DNA of 64,000 nucleotides from Blasia pusilla (taxonomy: Eukaryota): contig CM114271.1 of assembly GCA_050084515.1 (NCBI GenBank), positions 20,088,001 through 20,152,000 of the forward strand, in the 5' to 3' direction. Position 1 is the stretch's first letter. Each line of letters starts with the position of its first letter. The position numbers were made by a program, and so were the translations under genes. Shown one piece after another: positions 54,905 through 64,000 of this stretch. Below the pieces are notes generated by a model. It ran no database searches. It saw only the letters and a list, made by a program, of their open reading frames with translations, and had not been told where the DNA came from.

Positions 54905-55838
54905 ATCTTGTCGCCCCGGCTAACTGTTTTGGTTTCGGGATCGGACCTACCCTCCAATAAGGACTGCATGAGATCTTGGGAACTCTTCCGGGAGATATAC
55001 CGAATAATCCAAATTAGAAGCATATTCCCGATAAAGTTATCGCCGGATAGGACCCAGGTGGTGGAAGATACTCTTTGGATCATATCCTTGTCCCCCAGGG
55101 TCCTCTTTTGCGGACAAGACCTACCCTCCCTTAAAGGACTTTTTCTCAGGTCTGGGAACTATCTCCTTGAGGAATACAAATATGGTACCCATAAAGGTAT
55201 CCTTGAAATATTCTCTGTATAATTTCCTTATCTGTGAAAACAGCTCTTTGCCTGCTGCCCCTGCGCACTGTTTTGTTTGGGGACAGGACCTACCCACCAG
55301 TAAGGACTCTCTCCTCTGGTGTAAGCGAACACAACCGGTTCCTTGGACAGGTAGATTTATCCCCGGGTGGGACCCACAGGAGATGGAAGATATGCTTTGG
55401 ATTTTCCTAATGAGTATGTGAATGAAATAGCCCTCCTTCCCTGTCTGTCGCGTCCCCCAAGCGTACACTTTTGGGGACAACGCCGACCTTCCAGTAAGGA
55501 CTTTCCTGCAGAAAGGACCTGCAGGAGGGAAAACTATTTTTTGGGAATGGTATTTTTTTCTTTCCTTATCCGTGGAATGGCCTTGTCTTGTCCTCCGGGA
55601 ACGCTTTTGGGGATCCGGCCTACCCTCCAGTAAGGATTTCTCTCAGGTCCTGGTCTCCGGGATTCTTCTTATCAGGGTAAACAGGTAAATACCCTGAATA
55701 TGTTATCCATATGTTCCCTTCATGAAGGCAGAAGGACATTCTCCGAAGCATTTACCTTCAAACAGGAGACTGTGTTTGTCCTGTCCCCTCCTGTTCTCTC
55801 ATTCGGATATACTTACTTACCCTAAAATAAGGACTTTC
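54905..55838. repeat. Array of six ~55-nt conserved motifs separated by divergent spacers
   Basis: Core GACCTACCCTCCAGTAAGGACT-like motif, with GGA at 54961, 55136, 55304, 55498, 55634 and 55831. Confidence 0.85.
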
Positions 55839-56725
55839 CTTACGTTCCGGGCCTTCCGGCTTCCGACTCTCTCTCTCTCTCTACGGGACCCTTTCTCTTT
55901 CCGTAAAGAGCGAAAACCTCTTCCCGAGAATTGGTTTTAAATGTTTGATGCCTTTAAAGACGCTTTTTAATTGACTTTTATTACATTTTCATTCTTTTCC
56001 ACTCACTTCCTTTACGGATCCGGCGGGTGAAATTCAAACCCCGTTAAACCAACTACCACTGCCCTATTTATTGTTTCTTTGTTTATTTGGTAGGTTGATG
56101 GATATATAATAAGTAGAAGAACCTCTTGACTTTGACTTTAACGCTTATAGAGGGTGAGGAGCTGTAACTAATCAGGATTTAACGCGTTTATTAGACGTAA
56201 TTCGCAGGTGGGGAACCTGGTAAGCGACTCTAGAAAAGGGTAATCTTGGATTACACGCCCAATCTTTAATAATCCTATGGAAATTATCATAATTAAACGC
56301 GTAAACTGAGATTGAACTTAGGAAGTAAGACAAATATCCGCTTGGTGTTATTATAGTAATAAGCTATGGAGAAGTCTGACCATGAACCAGGCCCACACAT
56401 GAGCAGTTCAAATAATAATGTAAAATTAATGTCTTCTATTAATTAGAATTTGATATCCTTCATAATAAATATTTTTCTTTAACGTGTCAATATCAAATTG
56501 TTGTTCAAGAGTCAAAAAGCCCAAAGAGATACCCATTTCTCCTAAGAGGTTTGCAATAACCACGGCGACAAAGAGTGGCTTGGGCTTGGACTTGACTTGT
56601 CGTGGGTTAGCATTGAGCAGCCTTGATGTACTACAAGGAATATAGATTATCCTCTTTCATATCAAAGACACTAATGCATGGAATTGGATTGGTTTCAATT
56701 GTATCAAGAAATCAATTCGTAGATG

Positions 56726-59700
56726 TGTCTTGCGCATACACATCGCTACACAACATACATCGCTGTCACCGAACACACACACAAACACGCACGATCTCAT
56801 CCTAACTCATGGCATCCAAATAACGAGGCAGGAAGTATCAAAATATCTCAAATAAAGTAAGATCCAATCTCTCTCACAACACCATAGTTTTCACATGCGT
56901 GCACTCTCACATGTCTCTCTCAATGTCAAACAAAACCCACTCTCCTAATGAGAGGCTTGGGTTACACACACAAGGCAAGCAAGAACATAGCTCCGCCGCC
57001 TCATGCCAAGAGGTTCAACAAAGAGAGAATGAGCTCTCAAGCTCTCTCTCCTTGAGGTATATCCCTCCCCTCTCCCAAGCTCTCTCCATGGTAACCTGTG
57101 CTCCCAAGTCACTTCCTTGGCTCTTGACCTGATGTAGGAGGTAAAAGGTTACTTACCCAAAATAGAAAGTTGATCATAAATTCAAAATAGTATTCACCTA
57201 AAATAGTAAGTTCCTAAATATGGCTCCAAATGAGCCGAAACGAAGGGGAAACTTGCTCTCTCAAGTTTCCCGGGGCCTCAACTGGTCATCATCGACCTAC
57301 TGAGCCTGTCTTCCACTACTCACGAAGGCACTCTACTAGATCTCACCGATCTATCCTAAAAGACGTGATAGTTATCGTGCGCATACACATCGCTACACAA
57401 CATACATCGTTGTCACCGAACACACACACAAACACGCACGATCCCATGCTAACTCATGGCATCCAAACAACGAGATAGGAAGTACCAAAATATCTCCAAT
57501 CGCCCCCCTAGCTGATGGTTAGGTCCCGCTAACTCCAGATAGCCATCTATCCCTATCTACCATGACATACATCTCTCGGACGCTAAGAGCAAGAAGGCCG
57601 GGTGCTCATGTGGTCCCATCGTTAGTCGCCTTCTTGTCATCCATGTCACACACATAACTCGGAATGTAGAACTACCTACTCTATGTATATCTAGGATACA
57701 TCCATCGTCCCTGAGGAACCCTAGTGAGAGGTGGCGTCAAACATGCCATATGCCATCCTCTCGAATACCCATCACAGACTAGCATAGTGGCTGCACCACG
57801 GGCGGAACCACACAACATACACCGCAAGCGTGCAAGAACTATTGCTAAGCTCGGATCAACTATACCGTCAATTTTTTGAGGATGACATGGCACACAGTTA
57901 CACACATGTTCCTTCCAAACCATACCATCGCATCCCTCCAATAAGAGAACACCGGATGGCAAAACCTCACACACTCTCAAGATGGTGCGCCCATCACATC
58001 CAACGTCTGGTGCCATCAACAATAGACAACGAGGGGATTTGTTTTCAATGAAAGACGCACCTTGTTGTCCAGATCCATCGTTTGCCCTTAACGTTGATGG
58101 TGACGATGTTGCCTTTGAAGACGAATGTGATGGAGCTTTATTTGTTTCCAGGCAATGAACAAAGCATTTTCTAACCGCCGATTGGGTGAGACATCGATCA
58201 AGGACCAAGCTGGGGTTTCATCCCCTAATAGTGTTTATCTCGATTGGGGTGGAAACCTGAGCATAGAATACGAGGTATCCCTGATTCTATGAAGACTTTC
58301 GGAGATTTGGAGTATCGCCCATTATTTTGACACATGAGTGTTATACTTGTGTGCTAGTGTGTAAGAGAGTAAGAGGATGGGCATTTGAATATCCTCTGTG
58401 ATGGGGAGGATTTAGGGAATGCGCCTGTTCATCGAATGAATCAACCGATCGCATGCTTCTCTCTCATTTTTGAAACTTATGAATCGTCCCTTTTTCGGGT
58501 GGTTCGGCCTTTTTTGTCGGTTCAAAATTTCAATAGGGCCTCTCCATGGTATCATCCCTTTGGCCAAAAAATAAGTAGGAATCGTAAGCCATATCCGCCT
58601 TCGAGCCTTCGGACCATAAAGCAAAGAAACGCACCTCTTCGTATAGTCTCGTGCCTTTGGCGGCCATAGGCACGTAGTGCGCGTGTAGCGTGTTCGGGGA
58701 AGGAGAGGTGCATAGCACTCGACGAAGACTAGGATAGCGAGAGAACAAAGTGGAGAGAGCCACCACCAGATTTTTGGTCACAGCCACCTTTGACCAATTT
58801 ACCAATCAAAGTGGTCAATTTGCGCTTAGAAGTCTTTATGATGAAACCTTTGGATAGTAGGTCGATAACCACCTTTCCTAATAGTCCCATACCTCAACGT
58901 ATCCCAATGTTGCGCAATCGCCAAGTTCTCAAACGCCATGGGCATCACTCTTCGAAACAACTCAACCTCTCAGAACATGCTTGCATCCATACATTAAGAT
59001 CATCAAGGTTCAACACCTTACCAATATCTCGAAAAATGGCCGTTGGTAAATCTGGCTCTCGACCATAAAGCAACAAGTACGGTGAGAAAGATGCTAAGGA
59101 TGCTTGCCTGCCGAATCTGTATCCCATCGCCAACCACGGAAACTGAAGATCCCAATCTCCTAGGTGACCTCTCTGCAAGCCATACTTGAGTAATCCTCTC
59201 TTCACCGTATGCATAACCCGCTCCGCTAGTCCATCCGCCTTAGGATGATCTCGCGAAGTAGTGCGGTGGTCGATCAGTGCCTGATCACACAAGACCTGAA
59301 ACTCCCCCCGGAACTCTGTACCTTGGTTTGTCAACACCTTAGCTGGTGCACCGTAATGACTCAACACTCGATCTAGGAAAGCATATGCAACTCCCTCACT
59401 CGCTTTGTCAGGAAATGCAACCAACTCTATCCACTTCGAGAAGTGCTCGACCATCACCAACACATAACGACTATGGCGCTCCGTCAAAGGCAAAGGTCCT
59501 GCAAAATCCAAAATCCATCTGTAACCTAAACCCATGATTGGAAGTGGATGCAACTGTGGAGTTGGAGCATTGAACCATGCTCGGACTCGATCACACACCA
59601 TGCATCTGGCAACAAACTGCTGAACGTCGGTTGCATGCCTTGCCACCAATATTGAATCTAGAGCAAGCTGTATGTCCGCTTTACTCCAAAATGACCCAAC

Positions 59701-61107
59701 TCCTCATGGGCATGACGCACCAAACGTGCTCTCTGCGAAGGATGAGGCACTACACGCACTCTACCATCCTCCCACACTCGCAACATATGTGTGTCCTTCC
59801 ACCAAAACCGTCTGGCTCGTTGTAGGATCCAATCCCGCTCTCTAGAACCCACTATGCTCGCGTCGCTCCCAGTACGCAGGTACTCCAAGACCACTTCATG
59901 GTTGTGAATATCTCGGCCACCTGTTTTCTCCTCATCGGCCTCTGGATCTATGGAATCTCTATGAGACCTCGCCATCGAAGTCTCCATAATCTCCCTCTCC
60001 ATAGCCAACAAGCCCAAATAGGCTGACGCATGCCATCTTGACACCAACTCCTCATCACCCTCACCATGCCAACGAGCTCCAGTCACATCTCGCTGACTCG
60101 GGCATGGGTTATGGCTCAAACCATCTGCATCCTGGTTGAGCGTCCCAGTCTATGCACCACCTGGAAGTCATACTCCTGCAACAAAAGAGCCCACCTCGCA
60201 AGCTTCCCTGTAAGCTTGTCGGACTCCATCAACCACTTAAGTGGCTGATGATCAATAATGATGGTAAAGGGATTGCCTAATAGATAACATCTGAAATTTG
60301 CGCTAGCCCACACTGCAGCCAAGCACTCACCCTCATACGAGCTATACTTTGCCTCTGCAGTGTTGTTCGAGCGACTAGCATAAGCCACCAGGAACTCTCT
60401 ACCATCACCGTCATGCTAGGTGAGCACGGCTCCAAGCCCCAACATGCTCCAATCGGTATGCAACTAGAAAGGACGATCCTGATTGGTTTCCTCAATATGG
60501 TCGCGGACGTCAATATGTCATTGAGCATGTGAAATGCTCTCTCTTGCTCATCCCCCCAGTGCCACTCCTGATCCACCTTGGTCATCAAGGTTAGCGGCTT
60601 TGCAATCAAACTGAAACCCTTGACGTACCGTCGATAAAAGTTCGCCAATCCCATGAATGCATGAACTCAACTCACATGTGTAGGGCATGGAATACGTGAA
60701 CCTTCTACCTTCGTTTGTTGCACACCAAGGCCCATAGGGTATATTGTATGACCCAAGTACTCAATCTGGTCGTAGAAGAACTTGCACTTGCTTGGATGTA
60801 TCTTCAGCCCATGTAACTACAATCGTCGAAACACCTCCTCTAGATGTCGCTCATGCTCCTCAACCGTGGCGCTAAAGACTACGATGTCATATATATAACA
60901 CCTAGCAAAATCCAGATCTACCAAGATCCTATGCATGACCCTCTAAAACTGAGCCAGGGCGTTCTTTAACCCGAATGGTAAGAACCGCCACTGGTACAAA
61001 CAATCCTTTCCGTGAGGATCGATGCCCCAAAATACCGTCTTCTGCATGTCCTCCAATCTGATAGGAAGTTGATGGTATCCGGCTCGCAAATCCAATGAAC
61101 TGAAGAC
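56726..61107 (-). mobile_element. Degenerate Ty3/gypsy element: RT-RNase H-integrase-PHD finger plus a-b-a right terminus
   Basis: VFSSLDLRAGYHQL..LPFGLKNA (RT). AYASRS..YSSYEGECLAAVWA..DHQPLKWL (RNase H). HAHEELGHFG..CMVC, WILDFAGPLP..VEHFSKW..QGTEF..DGLAER (integrase). CMLC..MLVCDGYSRGWHMACLTPPL..GRW (PHD). PPT at 57499-57511. Confidence 0.93.
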
Positions 61108-64000
61108 TGTCGTGCGAATCCACATCGTCATACAACATACATTGCTAACATACCATAATCACATACATACATAACATAGACGAGAGCATCCACAAACACA
61201 AGTGTACCACAACTGAAATCCGTGAAAGACCTACTGTCATAAAACACGTATAGAATCACATACAATCGAGCCAAACCCACTCTACGATGGGAGAATCTAG
61301 GTCGAAGCTTGCGGGAAACACCATAGCCAAGAGCTCTACTCACTACCAAGGCTAATTCCCAACGCAACAGGCTCAACTCAAAGAACTAACTGTTCTTTGA
61401 GTGCACTCCACCTTATATCCTCCAACCTAAGAGCGGGCCCTACTGGAAAAGTCACCTCAATCGAGTAACCCCAACCCTATGTATGAAATCGCATCTCTAC
61501 CTAGACACTGCGGCCCTACCTAAGGTATGGCCTCTACTAGCACACTATACTCTACGACATAATCCGTATGGTCATGACAGCTGTTGTGCGAATCCACATC
61601 GTTGACATACCATACTCACATACATACATAACATAGACAAGAGCATCCACAAACACAAGTGTACCACAACTCGCCCCTAATCAAGCGGTTAGGTCCTCTA
61701 ACTCCAGGTAGCCCTATACATCTACTACATGCTATACACCTTCTTGGGTGCACGAATCAGAAGGCCGGGTGCTAGGTTGCCCCATCGTTAGTCGTACATC
61801 TGTAATCCATATCATGCAAAGATCAAGTCATCTACCTCTCCTAAGTACATCGAGGAAAAACCCACCTTCCAGTAGGAACAACATCCATACGTGGAATCAA
61901 ACACATCATGTGCCAACCCCTAGAACACCGATCACACACCAACATACGGGCTGCGTTACCAGCAGACCCACACAACATGCACCTCAAGCTAGCACGTATC
62001 ATGGCTAAGCTTGGGTCAACAGTACCATCCACATTTGGAAGATGACATGGCGCACAATTACGCACATGGTCCTTCCAAACAACTCCATCACGACCCTCCA
62101 ACATGAGAACTCCAGAAGCTAACACCTCGCGCACTCGTAAAATAGTGCGGCCTGCCGTCACATCCAACGTTATCGGTGCAATCTGCTGCAAATAGAGATA
62201 GTCCCCCACATGGAACCTACAAATCGATGGTCGATAACCTCCACCCCGAATGGTTGCATACCGCAACGTATCCCTGTGTTGAGCAATGGCAAGATTCTCA
62301 AAGGTGTTGGCATAACTCTCCGAAAAGAGCTCGCTCACGAGAACACACTCTCATCCACATCTTTGGGTCATCAAGGTTCACCACCTCACTAGACTCCCAA
62401 CAAATTGCTGCTGGCAAGTGTGGATCTTGGCCGTATAACAGAAAATAAGGTGAGAAGGAAGCTAAGGATGCTTGGCGACTGAACCTATACCCCATGGCTA
62501 ACCATGGCAACCGAATATCCGGTCTCCAAGATGCCCTTCAGAGGCCATACTTGCGCAATGCCCTCTTCACCGTCTCGAACCACACGCTCAGCCAAACCAT
62601 CCGCCCTGGATGATCTCGAGACGTGGTCCGATGATCAATCAACGCCTTGTCACACAAGACCTGAAACTCACCTTGAAACTCAGACTGGTCGGTCAAGACT
62701 TGGTGGTGCACCAAAATGACTAAGCACTCTATCAAGAAACGATACGCCGTTCCTCACTTGCCTTGTCGTAATGCCACCAACTCAATCCACTTGGAGAAGT
62801 GCTCCACCATCACCAACACATATCGATGATGTCATCATACCAACGGTAACGGTCCCGCAAAGTCCACACTCCAATGGTAACCCAACCCCATAATAGGCAA
62901 GGGGTGTAACTGTGGTGTAGGGGCATTGAATGATGCCCTCACCCGGTCACAAACCATACAACATGACACCAATCGCTGCGACCGAGTATGCATGCCACGC
63001 CACCAATCTTGACCAAGGAGTAATCTATACGACGCTTTACCCCAAAATGTCCCAACTCCTCATGGGCATGTCGCACAATGCGCTCTCTCTGAGCCAAATA
63101 CGGCACTACTCGTACTCTACCATCCTCCCACACATGGAGAATATGTGTTCCCTCCAATCGATACCTCTTAGCACGTTGAAGAACACGGTCTCGCTCCTTG
63201 GCACTCACTATGCCTGGCACCCTACTGGTCCGTAGGAACTCCAACACCAACGCATCATCATGAATATCACGCTGATCCGTACCACCATCTCCAACCTTAG
63301 GATCTCAAGGTGGCCATCTACCCTCGACTAGAGTAAGATATCATGTGGTCCTCCATACTAGAGTCCACCCCTAACCAACATAAAAGGCGGATGCATGCCA
63401 ACCTGGCACCATCTCCTCATCAACCTCGCCATGCCATCTAGCCCCAGTTGTATCCTCTTGGCTAGTACATGGGTTCCTACTCAACCCATCAGCATCAAGG
63501 TTGGCAACTCCAGGTCTATGTACCACCTGGAAGTCATACTCCTGTAAGATAAGAGCCCACCGTGCAAGCTTCCCTGTAAGCTTGTCAGACTCCATCAACC
63601 ACTTGAGCGGCTGGTGATTAGTAACAAGGGTGCCAAACAAGTAACACCTAAAGTGTGCCACAGCCCACACTACTGCCAAGCACTCTCCCTCATATGAACT
63701 ATAGCGCGACTCCGCCGCATTATTCGAACGACTTGCATAGGCCACCACAAACTCCATGTGCTCATCATCATGTTGTGTCAACACCGCTCCAAGTCCCAAC
63801 CTACTCCAATCAGTGTGTAACTTATTGGAGTAGGTTGGGACCCTCTGATAGGTCTCCTCAAGATAGGCGCCGCCACCAACTGGGCCTTAAGCTCCACAAA
63901 AGCTCTCTCCTGATCATCTCCCCAGTGCTACTCTTGATCTGATTTCAGAAATTGGTTCAAAGGCTTTGCCATAGCACTAAATCCCTTCACATACCTCCGA
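61108..64000 (-). mobile_element. Second PHD-gypsy element (RNase H-integrase-PHD plus a-b-a terminus), nested in the RT of the first; continues beyond the window
   Basis: VVAYASRSNNAAESRYSSYEGECLAVVWA..VHRPGVANLDADGLSR. CMLCGSAGNAARMLVCDRCSRGWHMMCL..GRWVFPRC. PPT at ~61670-61680. Its terminal CGCACGACA abuts the RT codons VFSSLDL. Confidence 0.93.

Noticed and set aside
54905-55838. CRISPR array
   Set aside because: Eukaryotic context, degenerate repeats, 80-140 nt partly homologous spacers and no cas genes.

Overview
Eukaryotic nuclear DNA, most likely a non-seed land plant (bryophyte-like; inferred from gene style and TE families). Most of the window is decayed, nested transposons: a Ty1/copia remnant, a chromodomain Ty3/gypsy, several PHD-finger Ty3/gypsy copies, a degenerate RepHel Helitron, mini-Helitrons and a MITE. 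A gene island at about 14-28.5 kb holds two spliced minus-strand genes: a 3-exon ureidoglycolate lyase/hydrolase-family gene and a ~6-exon multi-pass membrane protein with adenylyl-cyclase-anchor-like motifs but no recognisable catalytic domain, preceded by a phased ABRE/G-box cluster. Main unusual signal: four diverged subfamilies of the PHD-gypsy elements share a PPT-a-(CA-NN-TG)-b-a right end, while integrated left ends start at b. This resembles the split direct repeats of tyrosine-recombinase retroelements, but here in DDE-integrase elements. Second signal: a six-unit conserved-motif/variable-spacer array at 54.9-55.8 kb. All calls were made by eye with no database searches.
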